A program made the translations under genes and the position numbers. This document shows, piece after piece, positions 38,905 to 48,720 of a stretch of 57,803 bases of DNA (position 1 is its first letter; every line of letters begins with the position of its first letter). Under the pieces are notes generated by a model. It saw only the letters and a program-made list of their open reading frames with translations. It ran no database searches and was not told where the DNA came from. Source of the DNA: a virus (Duplodnaviria > Caudoviricetes). The stretch spans positions 1-57,803 of IMG/VR virus record IMGVR_UViG_3300037422_000254, one strand, 5' to 3'.

Positions 38905-39048
38905 GGGATAGGTTTCAGTCACGGCTTTTACTCCTGGGCGCCTTGCCGGGCGCCAATGGTTCCGGCTTGTGTTCGCCCCATCGCGCCGCCGGGTCGCGAT
39001 GGGTGTTCGGCGCCCCTTGCCGCGACGCGCGGCATCGCTTCCCGCTTT

Positions 39049-39645
39049 TCATTGCTGACTCTCGATCAATTCCACTAGCTTATCCGCGAACCGCGACCAC
39101 ACCGCCGCCCGCGCCGCCTCCGCCCGCGCCGCCTCTGTCAGCGACGGCCACACCGCCGCCTCCGCCAACGCCTCCACCGCATTCGCCGCATTCGCCTCCG
39201 TATCCGCCTCCGCCTCCGCCTCCGCCCGCGCCAGCGCCCGCGCCGCCGCCTCCGCCGCCTCCGACGCCGCTGCCGCCGCCGCTGCCTCCGCCTTCGCCGC
39301 CGCGGATGATCTGGCCTCGGCCACGACGAACTGCAAAAACGGTTTTTTGATGCCCTTCAAGTCCTGGCCTACCGCGATCGCGGACAGAAACCGTTCCGGC
39401 CATCGCTTGGCCTGATCGAGGGGCATTCCCTCGAAGATCCGATCTTCGAGGAGCGCTAGCCAGCGCGGGATACCCAGTTCTGTTTCGTATTTTCTGTGGT
39501 CCCATCCGTGGATCGTGCAACCGACCGCGCACCCGCGGCCGCCTTCCCAATAAATCCCCTTGACAATCTTGTCCGCCGCCGCGTGAGCGCGGACGCGGGA
39601 AAGGTACTTGGCCTTGATCGCCTTTTTCCCATGGAACGCTTTCAT
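39049..39645 (-). CDS. Ala-rich array paralogue P1 (198 aa)
   Basis: MKAFHGKK..GCAVGC..WPERFL..Ala tract..FADKLVELI. Confidence 0.85.
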   Translation of the reverse strand: MKAFHGKKAIKAKYLSRVRAHAAADKIVKGIYWEGGRGCAVGCTIHGWDHRKYETELGIPRWLALLEDRIFEGMPLDQAKRWPERFLSAIAVGQDLKGIKKPFLQFVVAEARSSAAAKAEAAAAAAASEAAEAAARALARAEAEAEADTEANAANAVEALAEAAVWPSLTEAARAEAARAAVWSRFADKLVELIESQQ

Positions 39646-40352
39646 AATTTTTGCTCCTCCTTCGTGTTGGCCGCCTCCTCGATCAGCGCGATGAGCGTCT
39701 CCGCGAAGTGCGAATAAGCCTCCGCCCGCGCCGCCTCCGCCCGCGCCACCAACGCCGCCTCTGCCTGTGGCGTCTCCACTCGCGCCGCCGACCACGCCAC
39801 CGCCCGCGCCTTCGCCGCCGCCGCCGACCACGCCGCCGCGTCCGCCGCCGCCAACGCATCCGCCGCCACCGCCGCCGCGGCCGTTCGCGCCACCTCCTGA
39901 AGCGCCGCGGCCTCCGCCTGCGCCGCCGACGCCTTTACCTGCGCGGCCGTCGATGCCTTCGCCGCCGCTTGCGCCGCAGCCTCCGCCCGCGCCTCCGCCG
40001 CCCGCGCCGCCGACGATCTGGCATCGGCCACGACGAACGCCAGAAACGGCGCCTTCACGGCTTCAAGGTCCTGGCCTACCGCGATCGCGGAGAGGAACCG
40101 CTCAGGCCAGAGTTTGGCTTCCTCGAGGGGCAACCCCTCGAAGATCTGATCTTCGATGACCGCTAACCACCGCGGAATACCTAGCTCCGCTTCGTATTTT
40201 CCATAGTCCGATCCGTGAACGGTGCAACCGACTGCGCACCCGCGGCCGTCCTGCCAGTAGAACCCCTTTTCAATCTCGTCTGCCGCTGCGTGGGCGCGAA
40301 CGCGATCAAGGTAGAGCGACTTGATTGCCGCGTCATCGTGGAACGCTTTCAT
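39642..40352 (-). CDS. Ala-rich array paralogue P2 (236 aa)
   Basis: MKAFHDD..; ATGA coupling. Confidence 0.85.
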   Translation of the reverse strand: MKAFHDDAAIKSLYLDRVRAHAAADEIEKGFYWQDGRGCAVGCTVHGSDYGKYEAELGIPRWLAVIEDQIFEGLPLEEAKLWPERFLSAIAVGQDLEAVKAPFLAFVVADARSSAARAAEARAEAAAQAAAKASTAAQVKASAAQAEAAALQEVARTAAAAVAADALAAADAAAWSAAAAKARAVAWSAARVETPQAEAALVARAEAARAEAYSHFAETLIALIEEAANTKEEQKL

Positions 40353-41071
40353 GATTTTTGCTCCTCCTTTGTGTTGCCCGCCTGTTCAATCAATTCAATT
40401 AGCTTATCCGCGAAGTATGAATAAGCCTCCGCTTGCGCCGCCTCTGCCAGCGATGGCCACACCGCCGCCTCCGCCAACGCCTCCACCGCATTCGCCGCAT
40501 TCGCCTCCGTATCCGCCTCCGCCTCCGCCTCCGCCCGCGCCAGCGCCCGCGCCGCCGTCGCCGCCGACCACGTCGCCGCCTCCGCCGCCCGCGCCGCCGC
40601 CAACGCCGCCGACGCCGCCTCCCACGCCGCCGATTCCGACGCCGCCGCCTCCGCCGCCTCCGACGCCGCTTCCGTTGCAGTCAACGCCTCCGTTAACGCC
40701 GATGTTGCCCGCGCCGTCGCCGACCGCGCCGACTCTTTGGCGTCCGCCACGACGAACGCCAAAAACGGCTTCTTCACCTTTTCCAAATCCTGGCCGACGG
40801 CGATCGCAGCCAGGAACTTCTCAGGCCAGAGCTTGGCCTGATCGAGGGGCATTCCCTCGAAGATCCGATTTTCGAGGAGCGCCAGCCACATTGGGATACC
40901 CAGCTCCGTTTCGTAGGCCGCGTGATCCGATCCGTGGATCGTGCAACCGACTGCGCATCCGCGGCCGCGCTGCCAGTAGAACCCCTTTTCAATCTCATCC
41001 GCCGCCGCATGGGCGCGGATGCGGGAAAGGTACTTGGCCTTGATCGTTTTCTTCCCATGGAACGCTTTCAT
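40349..41071 (-). CDS. Ala-rich array paralogue P3 (240 aa)
   Basis: MKAFHGKK..; ATGA coupling. Confidence 0.85.
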   Translation of the reverse strand: MKAFHGKKTIKAKYLSRIRAHAAADEIEKGFYWQRGRGCAVGCTIHGSDHAAYETELGIPMWLALLENRIFEGMPLDQAKLWPEKFLAAIAVGQDLEKVKKPFLAFVVADAKESARSATARATSALTEALTATEAASEAAEAAASESAAWEAASAALAAARAAEAATWSAATAARALARAEAEAEADTEANAANAVEALAEAAVWPSLAEAAQAEAYSYFADKLIELIEQAGNTKEEQKS

Positions 41072-41742
41072 GATTTTTTCTCCTCCTTCGTGTCTGGCGA
41101 ATTCTCAATCAATGAGATGAGCTTCTCCGCGAACCGCGCCCATGCCGCCTCCCACGCCGCCGGCCACGCCGCCCGCGCCTCCCACGTCGCCAGCGCCGCG
41201 GCCGCCCGCGGCGCCGCCCGTCCCGCCGCCGCCGCCGCTTCCGCCGCCTCCCACACCGCGTCCGCCGCCCGCGCCGCCGCATCCGCCTCCGCCGCCGCCC
41301 GCGCCGCCCACGCCGCCGCCTTTGCCGCCGCCGTCCGCGCCGCCGCCCGCGCCGTCGTCCGCGCCGCCGTCGATGCTGCCCGCGCCTCCGCCAACCGCGC
41401 CGACTCTTTGGCGTCCGCGACGACGAACGCCAAAAACGGCTTCTTGATGGCCTCCAAATCCTGGCCTACCGCGATCGCGGACAGAAACCGTTCCGGCCAT
41501 CGCTTGGCTTTCCCCATGGGCAACGCCTCGAAGATCCAATCTTCGAGGAGCGCTAACCACACTGGAATCCCGAGCTCCGTTTCGTAGGCCGCGTGGTCAT
41601 CACCGTGAACGGTGCAACCGACTGCGCACCCGCGGCCGCGCTGCCAGTAGAACCCTTTTTGAATTTCGTCCGCCGCCGCATGGGCGCGGATGCGGGAAAG
41701 GTACTTGGCCTTGATCGTTTTCTTCCCATGGAACGCTTTCAT
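41068..41742 (-). CDS. Ala-rich array paralogue P4 (224 aa)
   Basis: ATG 41742 after AAGGAG. Confidence 0.85.
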   Translation of the reverse strand: MKAFHGKKTIKAKYLSRIRAHAAADEIQKGFYWQRGRGCAVGCTVHGDDHAAYETELGIPVWLALLEDWIFEALPMGKAKRWPERFLSAIAVGQDLEAIKKPFLAFVVADAKESARLAEARAASTAARTTARAAARTAAAKAAAWAARAAAEADAAARAADAVWEAAEAAAAAGRAAPRAAAALATWEARAAWPAAWEAAWARFAEKLISLIENSPDTKEEKKS

Positions 41743-41910
41743 GATTTTCTCCTTCCTTTTTTTTTGTGCCGGCGATGCGGGCCGGCCCACCGATCAGCGG
41801 GTTTCAGTTTCCGCCGACTCTCTTAATTCGAAAAAAAAGATCCGGGCGTTTGATTTTTTTTCGAAAATTTTTCGAAACCACCGATGCCGGTGCCGGCGCC
41901 GCCGCCAAAT
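41743..41910 (-). repeat. Array spacer cassette A
   Basis: TTCGAA palindromes, TCAAAC-N16-TCGAAT, hairpin with AAACTGAAAC loop, GCCGGC hairpin, RBS. Confidence 0.85.
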
Positions 41911-42666
41911 TTACCCGGCGTTACCGCCTAACTCGATCAGCGCGATTAGCTTGTCCGCGAATTTCATCCATGATGCTTCGCGCGCCTCCGTGCGCGCCAC
42001 AGCCACCGCCTCGGCCATCGCCTGGGCCACCGCCGAAGCCATAGCCTCGGCCATAACCTTCCGCGCCGTCCACTCCAACGCCTCCGCGGCCTCCTCCGCG
42101 GCGGCCAACGCCGTCCGCGCCACCGCATCCGACACCGTCCACGCCGCCGAATCCGGCATCATCCACGCCTCCCACGCCGCCTCCTCCGCCGCCGCCCGCG
42201 CCGCCGATTCCGACGCTGCCGCCTCCGCCGCCGTCGCATCCGACGCCGTCCACGCCGTCCACGCCGCCTCCGCCGCCCGCGCCGCCTGCGACGTGGCCCA
42301 CTCCGTCCACGCCGCCTCCGTCGCCCGCGCCGATTCTTTGACGTCCGCCACGACGAACTGGAGAAACGGTTTTTTGATGCCCTTCAAGTCCTGCCCCACC
42401 TCGATGGCCGACAGGAACCGCTCAGGCCATCGCTTGGCCTGATCGAGGGGCATTCCCTCGAAGAGGCGATCTTCGAGACACCCGAGCCATGCCGGGATAC
42501 CCAGCACGGTCTCGTAGGTCGTGTATTGCGGGCACTCCCGGCCCGCACCAATCGCTGTCGATAGACCCAGACCCAGCCTCTCCCCCTCCTCCGCCGCCGC
42601 CGCGTAGCGGCGGAGCCAGTCAAGGTATCTCGCCTTGATTGCCGTGTTGTTATGAAATGCGCGCAT
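41911..42666 (-). CDS. Ala-rich array paralogue P5 (251 aa; divergent N-domain)
   Basis: MRAFHNN..; lacks GCAVGC. Confidence 0.85.
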   Translation of the reverse strand: MRAFHNNTAIKARYLDWLRRYAAAAEEGERLGLGLSTAIGAGRECPQYTTYETVLGIPAWLGCLEDRLFEGMPLDQAKRWPERFLSAIEVGQDLKGIKKPFLQFVVADVKESARATEAAWTEWATSQAARAAEAAWTAWTASDATAAEAAASESAARAAAEEAAWEAWMMPDSAAWTVSDAVARTALAAAEEAAEALEWTARKVMAEAMASAVAQAMAEAVAVARTEAREASWMKFADKLIALIELGGNAG

Positions 42667-42829
42667 TTGTCCTTCTCCTTTTTTGGCCGACGACGGCCGG
42701 CTCGCCGATCGGCGGGTTTCAGTTTCCGCCAACGCTTTTGATTCGAAAAAAAGATCCGTGGCGTTTGAAATCTTTTTCGAAAATTTTTCGAAACCACCGA
42801 TGCCGGCGCCGGCGATTCCGCCGCCAAAT
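42667..42829 (-). repeat. Array spacer cassette B
   Basis: Same element as A. Confidence 0.85.
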
Positions 42830-43651
42830 TTACCCGGCGTTACCGCCTAACTTGATCAGGGCGATTAGCTTGTCCGCGAACCGCGACCATGCTGCCTCCC
42901 ACGCCGCCCGCCCCGCGGCCGCCCGCGCCTCCCACGCCGCCGCCCACGCCGCCCGTCCCGCGGCCGCCGCCGCCGCCGCTGTTCGCGCCGCCGACCACGC
43001 CGCCGCATCCGCCGCCCGCGCCTCCCACGCCGCCGCCCACGCCGCCCGTCCCGCCGCCTCCGCCGCCGCCGCCGCCGCGGCCGCCTGCGCCGCCGCATCC
43101 GCCGCCACCTCCGCCAACGCCTCCGCCGCATCCGCCTCCGCCGCCGCCCGCGCCACCGCCACCGCATCCGCCCGCGCCGCCGCATCCTCCGCCACCTCCG
43201 CCGCCACCTCCGCCAACGCCTCCGCCGCATCCGCCTCCGCCGCCGCCCGCGCCACCGCCACCGCATCCGCCCGCGCCGCCGTCGATGCTGCTCGCGCCGC
43301 CGACCGCGCCGACTCTTTGGCGTCCGCGACGACGAGCGCCAAAAAGGGCGCCTTGATTTTGTCCAAGTCCTGGCCGACGGCGATCGCGGACAGAAACCGC
43401 TCGGGCCATCGCTTGGCCTGATCGAGGGGCATTCCCTCGAAGATCCGATCTTCGAGCAGCGCCAGCCACGCTGGGATACCTAGCTCCGTTTCGTAGGCCG
43501 CGTGGTCATCACCGTGAACGGTGCAACCGACCGCGCACCCGCGGCCAGCTTCCCAGTAGAACCCCTTTTCAATCTCATCCGCCGCCGCATGGGCGCGGAT
43601 GCGGGAAAGGTACTTGGCCTTGATCGTTTTCTTCCCATGGAACGCTTTCAT
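42830..43651 (-). CDS. Ala-rich array paralogue P6 (273 aa)
   Basis: Internal duplications ARADAVAVARAAAEADAAEALAEVAA x2 and GRAAWAAAWEARAA x2. Confidence 0.85.
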   Translation of the reverse strand: MKAFHGKKTIKAKYLSRIRAHAAADEIEKGFYWEAGRGCAVGCTVHGDDHAAYETELGIPAWLALLEDRIFEGMPLDQAKRWPERFLSAIAVGQDLDKIKAPFLALVVADAKESARSAARAASTAARADAVAVARAAAEADAAEALAEVAAEVAEDAAARADAVAVARAAAEADAAEALAEVAADAAAQAAAAAAAAEAAGRAAWAAAWEARAADAAAWSAARTAAAAAAAGRAAWAAAWEARAAAGRAAWEAAWSRFADKLIALIKLGGNAG

Positions 43652-44415
43652 GATTGCTTCTCCTTCGTGATCAGCGCAATTAGCCTTTCCGCGAATCTCA
43701 TCCATGATGCTTCGCGCGCCTCCGTGCGCGCCACAGCCACCGCCTCGGCCATCGCCTCGGCCATCGCCTCGGCCATGGCCTCCCGCGCCGCCTCCCGCGC
43801 CTGGGCCACCGCCGAAGCCATAGCCTCGGCCATAACCTTCCGCGCCGTCCACTCCAACGCCTCCGCGGCCTCCTCCGCGGCGGCCAACGCCGTCCGCGCC
43901 ACCGCATCCGACACCGTCCACGCCGCCGAATCCGGCATCATCCACGCCTCCCACGCCGCCTCCTCCGCCGCCGCCCGCGCCGCCGATTCCGACGCTGCCG
44001 CCTCCGCCGCCGTCGCCGCCCGCGCCGCCTGCGACGTGGCCCACTCCGTCCACGCCGCCTCCGTCGCCCGCGCCGATTCTTTGACGTCCGCCACGACGAA
44101 CTGGAGAAACGGTTTTTTGATGCCCTTCAAGTCCTGCCCCACCTCGATGGCCGACAGGAACCGCTCAGGCCATCGCTTGGCTTCCTCGATGGGCAGGCCC
44201 TCGAAGATCTGATCTTCGAGGAGCGCCAGCCACATTGGGATACCCAGCTCCGTTTCGTAGGCCGCGTGATCCGATCCGTGGATCGTGCAACCGACCGCGT
44301 TCCCGCGACCGCGCTGCCAGTAGAACCCTTTTTGAATTTCGTCCGCCGCCGCATGGGCGCGGATGCGGGAAAGGTACTTGGCCTTGATCGTTTTCTTCCC
44401 ATGGAACGCTTTCAT
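43648..44415 (-). CDS. Ala-rich array paralogue P7 (255 aa)
   Basis: GNAVGC variant; Ala tract near-identical to P5. Confidence 0.85.
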   Translation of the reverse strand: MKAFHGKKTIKAKYLSRIRAHAAADEIQKGFYWQRGRGNAVGCTIHGSDHAAYETELGIPMWLALLEDQIFEGLPIEEAKRWPERFLSAIEVGQDLKGIKKPFLQFVVADVKESARATEAAWTEWATSQAARAATAAEAAASESAARAAAEEAAWEAWMMPDSAAWTVSDAVARTALAAAEEAAEALEWTARKVMAEAMASAVAQAREAAREAMAEAMAEAMAEAVAVARTEAREASWMRFAERLIALITKEKQS

Positions 44416-44596
44416 GATTTTCTCCTTCCTTTTTTTTTGTGCCGGCGATGCGGGCCGGCCCACCGATCAGCGAGTTTCAGTTTCCGCCAACGCTTTTGAT
44501 TCGAAAAAAAGATCCGTGGCGTTTGAAATCTTTTTCGAAAATTTTTCGAAACCACCGATGCCGGCGCCGGCGATTCCGCCGGCACCGCCGCCAAAT
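44416..44596 (-). repeat. Array spacer cassette C
   Basis: Full element including GCCGGCG-GAAT-CGCCGGC hairpin. Confidence 0.85.
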
Positions 44597-45259
44597 TTAC
44601 CCGGCGTTGCCGCCTAACTCGATCAGGGCGATTAGCTTCTCCGCGAACCGCGACCACACCGCCGCCCGCGACACCGACCATGCCTCCGCCGTCGCCGCCG
44701 TCGACCACGCCGCCGCCCGCGCCGCCGACCATGTTGCCTCTGCCTCCTCCGCCGCCGCTGCCCGCGCCGCCTCCGCCGCAAACCACGCCGCCGCCTCCGC
44801 CGTCCGCGCCGCCGACCACGCCGCCCCCTCCGCCGTCCGCGCCGCCCCCATCACGTCCGCCTCCGCCCGCGCCGCCGCATCCTCCAGCACCTCCGCCCGC
44901 GCCTCCGCCGCCCGCGCCGATTCTTCGGAGTCCGAGACGGCGAACGCCAGAAACGGAGCCTTCACGGCTTCCAAGTCCTGGCCGACGGTGATCGCCGCCA
45001 GGAACCGCTCGGGCCATCGCTTGGCTTCCTCGAGGGGCAACCCCGCGAAGATCCTATCTTCGAGGAGCGCCAGCCACATTGGGATACCCATCTCCGTTTC
45101 GTAGGCCGCGTGATCCGATCCGTGGATCGTGCAACCGACCGCGTTCCCGCGGCCGCGCTGCCAGTAGAACCCTTTTTGAATTTCGTCCGCCGCCGCATGG
45201 GCGCGAACGCGATCAAGGTATCTCGACTTGATTGCCGCGTTGTTATGAAATGCGAGCAT
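44597..45259 (-). CDS. Ala-rich array paralogue P8 (220 aa)
   Basis: MLAFHNN..GNAVGC. Confidence 0.85.
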   Translation of the reverse strand: MLAFHNNAAIKSRYLDRVRAHAAADEIQKGFYWQRGRGNAVGCTIHGSDHAAYETEMGIPMWLALLEDRIFAGLPLEEAKRWPERFLAAITVGQDLEAVKAPFLAFAVSDSEESARAAEARAEVLEDAAARAEADVMGAARTAEGAAWSAARTAEAAAWFAAEAARAAAAEEAEATWSAARAAAWSTAATAEAWSVSRAAVWSRFAEKLIALIELGGNAG

Positions 45260-45429
45260 TTGCTTTTCCTTCCTCTTTTTGTTGTGCCGGCGACGGCCGG
45301 CCCACCGATCGGCGGGTTTCAGTTTTCGCCAACGCTTTTGATTCGAAAAAAAAGATCCGTGGCGTTTGAAATCTTTTTCGAAACCACCGATGCCGGCGCC
45401 GTCCGATACCGCCGGCGCCGCCGCCAAAT
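45260..45429 (-). repeat. Array spacer cassette D
   Basis: Same element; box spacing +1. Confidence 0.85.
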
Positions 45430-46248
45430 TTACCCGGCGTTACCGCCTAACTTGATCAGGGCGATTAGCTTGTCCGCGAAGCGCGACCACGTCGGCGACC
45501 ACGCATGCACCCATGCCGCATCCATCCGCGCCCACGACCGCGCCTCCTCCGCCGCCGCCTGCGCCGCCGCCGCCGCCTGCGTTGCCGCCTTCGTTGCCGC
45601 CGCCGCATCCGCCGCCGACCACGCCGCCGCATCCGCCGCCGCCGCCGCCGTCGTTCGCGCCGCCGCCTGAAGCGCCGCCGCCGCCGCCTGAAGCGCCGCC
45701 GCCGCCGCCCGCGCCGACCACGCCGCCGCATCCGCCGCCGCCGCCTCCGCCGCCGCCCGCGCCGCAAACCACGCCGCCGCCTCCGCCGCCACCTCCGCCG
45801 CCGCCCGCGCCGCCCACGCCGCCGCCTTTGCCGCCGCCGCCCGCGCCGCCGCCCGTGCCACCGTCCGCGCCGCCGTCGATGCTGCCCGCGCCTCCGCCAA
45901 CCGCGCCGACTCTTTGGCGTCCGCGACGACGAACGCCAGAAACGGCGCCTTCACGGCTTCAAGGTCCTGGCCGACGGTGATCGCCGCCAGGAACTTCTCA
46001 GGCCATCGCTTGGCTTCCTCGATGGGCAGGCCCTCGAAGATCTTATCTTCGAGAAGCGCTAACCACGCTGGGATACCTAGCTCCGTTTCGTAGGCCGCGT
46101 GATCCGATCCGTGGATCGTGCAACCGATTGCGCACCCGCGGTCAGCTTCCCAGTAGATCCCCTTGACAATCTCGTCCGCCGCCGCATGGGCGCGGACGCG
46201 GGAAAGGTACTTGGCCTTGATCGTTTTCTTCCCATGGAACGCTTTCAT
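45430..46248 (-). CDS. Ala-rich array paralogue P9 (272 aa)
   Basis: MKAFHGKK..GCAIGC. Confidence 0.85.
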   Translation of the reverse strand: MKAFHGKKTIKAKYLSRVRAHAAADEIVKGIYWEADRGCAIGCTIHGSDHAAYETELGIPAWLALLEDKIFEGLPIEEAKRWPEKFLAAITVGQDLEAVKAPFLAFVVADAKESARLAEARAASTAARTVARAAARAAAAKAAAWAARAAAEVAAEAAAWFAARAAAEAAAADAAAWSARAAAAALQAAAAALQAAARTTAAAAADAAAWSAADAAAATKAATQAAAAAQAAAEEARSWARMDAAWVHAWSPTWSRFADKLIALIKLGGNAG

Positions 46249-46997
46249 GATTGCTTCTCCTTCGTGTTGCCCGCCTGTTCAATCAATTCAATTAGCTTAT
46301 CCGCGAAGTATGAATAAGCCTCCGCTTGCGCCGCCTCTGCCAGCGACGGCCACACCGCCGCCTCCGCCAACGCCTCCACCGCATTCGCCGCATTCGCCTC
46401 CGTATCCGCCTCCGCCTCCGCCCGCGCCGCCGTCGCCGCCGACCACGCCGCCGCCCGCGCCGCCGACCACGCCGCCGCATCCGCCGCCTGCGCCGCCGCC
46501 GCCCGCGCCGCCCGCGCCGCCCACGCCGCCGCCCGCGCCGCCGCCTTTGCCTCCGCCGCCCGCGCCGCCGTCCGCGCCGCCGCCTTCGTTGCCGCCTTCG
46601 TTGCCGCCGCCGCCTCCGCCAACGCCGATGTTGCTCGCGCCGCCGCCGTCGCCGCGGATGATCTGGCCTCGGCCACGACGAACTGCAAAAACGGTTTTTT
46701 GATGCCCTTCAAGTCCTGACCTACCGTTATCGCGGACAGAAACCGTTCAGGCCATCGCTTGGCTTCCTCGATGGGCAGGCCCTCGAAGATCTTATCTTCG
46801 AGGAGCGCCAGCCACATTGGGATACCCAGCTCCGTTTCGTAGGCCGCGTGGTCATCACCGTGAACGGTGCAACCGACTGCGCACCCGCGGCCAGCTTCCC
46901 AGTAGAACCCCTTTTGAATCTCATCCGCCGCCGCATGGGCGCGGATGCGATCAAGGTAGAACGACTTGATTGCCGCGTTGTTATGAAATGCTCGCAT
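46245..46997 (-). CDS. Ala-rich array paralogue P10 (250 aa)
   Basis: MRAFHNN..GCAVGC. Confidence 0.85.
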   Translation of the reverse strand: MRAFHNNAAIKSFYLDRIRAHAAADEIQKGFYWEAGRGCAVGCTVHGDDHAAYETELGIPMWLALLEDKIFEGLPIEEAKRWPERFLSAITVGQDLKGIKKPFLQFVVAEARSSAATAAARATSALAEAAAATKAATKAAARTAARAAEAKAAARAAAWAARAARAAAAQAADAAAWSAARAAAWSAATAARAEAEADTEANAANAVEALAEAAVWPSLAEAAQAEAYSYFADKLIELIEQAGNTKEKQS

Positions 46998-47200
46998 TTG
47001 TCCTTCTCCTTTTTTGGCCGACGACGGCCGGCTCGCCGATCAGCGGTTTTCAGTTTCCGCCGACGCTTTTGATTCGAAAAAAAGATCCGTGGCGTTTGAA
47101 ATCTTTTTCGAAACCACCGATGCCGGCGCCGGCGATTCCGCCAATACCGGCGCGCCACCGATGCCGGCGCCGGCGATTCCGCCGGCGCCGCCACCAAATT
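46998..47200 (-). repeat. Array spacer cassette E (hairpin part duplicated)
   Basis: CCACCGATGCCGGCGCCGGCGATTCCGCC occurs twice. Confidence 0.85.
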
Positions 47201-48134
47201 TGATCAGGGCGATTAGCGTCTCGGCGAACCTAGACCACACCCACGCCTCCACCTCCGCCAACGCGGCTTTTGCTGCATCCGCCCGCGCCGCCGCCGCCTC
47301 CGCCACCGCACGCGCCGCTTCCGCCTCCGCTTCTGCCTCCGCCGCCCACCGCGCCGACGACCACGCATCCGCCGCCGCCAACGCCGCCGCCGCACGCGCC
47401 TCCCGCGCCTCCTCCGCCGCCTCCGCCGCCGCCGACCGCGCCGCCGCTGCCTCCCACGCCGCCACCGTCTCCGCCTCCTCAGCCGCCGCCGCCGCCGCCG
47501 CCGCGGCCGTTCGCGCCGCCGACCGCCATGTGGCTGCCTCCGTCGCCGCCGACACCGCCGCCGCCGCCTGCGCCTCCGCCGCCTCCGCCGCCTCCGCCGC
47601 CTCCGCCAACAATACCACAGTCGCGGCGGCCGCGGCGGCTCGCGCCGCCCACGTCACCGCCAACGCATCTGCCGGCGCCGGCGCCCGCGCCGCCGCCCGC
47701 GACGAATAGGCGGCCGCTGCCTCCGCATCCGCCGCCGCCTCCGCCGCTTGAAGCGACGCCCACGTCGGGGCCGCCCGCGCCTCCGCCGCCCGCGCCCACT
47801 CTTTGGCGTAGGCGACGACGATATGCAAAAACAGGGTCTGGACCTTGTCGAGGTCCTGACCTACCGAAATGCTGGCCAACAACCTTGTTGGCCATCGCTT
47901 GGCCGCTTCGGGGGGCAACCCCGCGAAGATCCAATCTTCGAGGAGCGCCAGCCATGTGGGCAGACCGATCTGCCCGTACTCTTCGTAATCCAATCCATGG
48001 ACCGTGTAACCGGTCGCGTTCCCGCGACCGTCGGTCCAGTAAAATCCATTTTCGAGACCGCCAGCCGCTGCTACGCGGCGAACGCGGCGGAGGATTTTGT
48101 CTTTGACAGCTACGGAGCCGTGAAACGCGCGCAT
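47040..48134 (-). CDS. Ala-rich array paralogue P11 (stop lost; reads through cassette E)
   Basis: MRAFHGS..GNATGY..FAETLIALIK then spacer-derived tail. Confidence 0.8.
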   Translation of the reverse strand: MRAFHGSVAVKDKILRRVRRVAAAGGLENGFYWTDGRGNATGYTVHGLDYEEYGQIGLPTWLALLEDWIFAGLPPEAAKRWPTRLLASISVGQDLDKVQTLFLHIVVAYAKEWARAAEARAAPTWASLQAAEAAADAEAAAAYSSRAAARAPAPADALAVTWAARAAAAAATVVLLAEAAEAAEAAEAQAAAAVSAATEAATWRSAARTAAAAAAAAAEEAETVAAWEAAAARSAAAEAAEEAREARAAAALAAADAWSSARWAAEAEAEAEAARAVAEAAAARADAAKAALAEVEAWVWSRFAETLIALIKFGGGAGGIAGAGIGGAPVLAESPAPASVVSKKISNATDLFFESKASAETENR

Positions 48135-48285
48135 TTGTCCTTCTCCTTTTTTGGCCGACGACGGCCGGCTCGCCGATCGGCGGGTTTCAGTTTTCGCCGA
48201 CTCTCTTAATTCGAAAAAAAAGATCCGGGCGTTTGAAATCTTTTTCGAAACCACCGATGCCGGCGCCGGCGATTCCGCCGGCACC
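48135..48285 (-). repeat. Array spacer cassette F
   Basis: Same element. Confidence 0.85.
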
Positions 48286-48358
48286 GCCTCCGCTTCCCAC
48301 GGCGACGCCCACGCCCACGCATCCGCCACCGCTTCCGCCCGCGCCGCCGCTTCCGCTA
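48282..48358 (-). pseudogene. Remnant of an Ala-rich tract
   Basis: Translates VAEAAARAEAVADAWAWASPWEAEAV with no N-domain. Confidence 0.5.
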
Positions 48359-48634
48359 CGAGTTTTCCTCCAAGGTTTTGTGCCTCTCGCGGCGCTGCGC
48401 GATGTACGTTTGGGCGGCCATCCAGCCGCGAACGTAAGCGCAGGCGACTTCGTCTACGGTCCGGTTGCGTGGTAGCTTGCCGACCGGGCATAACGGGGAC
48501 AGGAAGGTCCTTGCACAGTGTTGGCGCATCCGTTCATGCCAACCCTGGGCGAAGGCGATTTGTGCTGGATTGGCCAGCCCAACGTATTTCTTACGCTTGG
48601 CCCGATACAGAATGTTGCCACCGTAGACTTTCAT
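48356..48634 (-). CDS. Unrelated basic hypothetical protein inside the array
   Basis: MKVYGGNILYRAKRKK..; GGGGAG RBS. Confidence 0.55.
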   Translation of the reverse strand: MKVYGGNILYRAKRKKYVGLANPAQIAFAQGWHERMRQHCARTFLSPLCPVGKLPRNRTVDEVACAYVRGWMAAQTYIAQRRERHKTLEENS

Positions 48635-48720
48635 TTTCACTCTCCCTATTCCGCCAAGTTTTTGTGTCCCCTCCACCCATTGGCGGGATGGGTGGAAGAG
48701 GGTTCCTTCGTCTTATTGTC

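Noticed and set aside
39049-48300. Many poly-Pro, poly-Gly, poly-Arg and antisense Ala-rich ORFs
   Set aside because: Shadow frames of GCG-rich tracts. Only the MxAFH frame has an RBS, ATGA coupling and a conserved domain.
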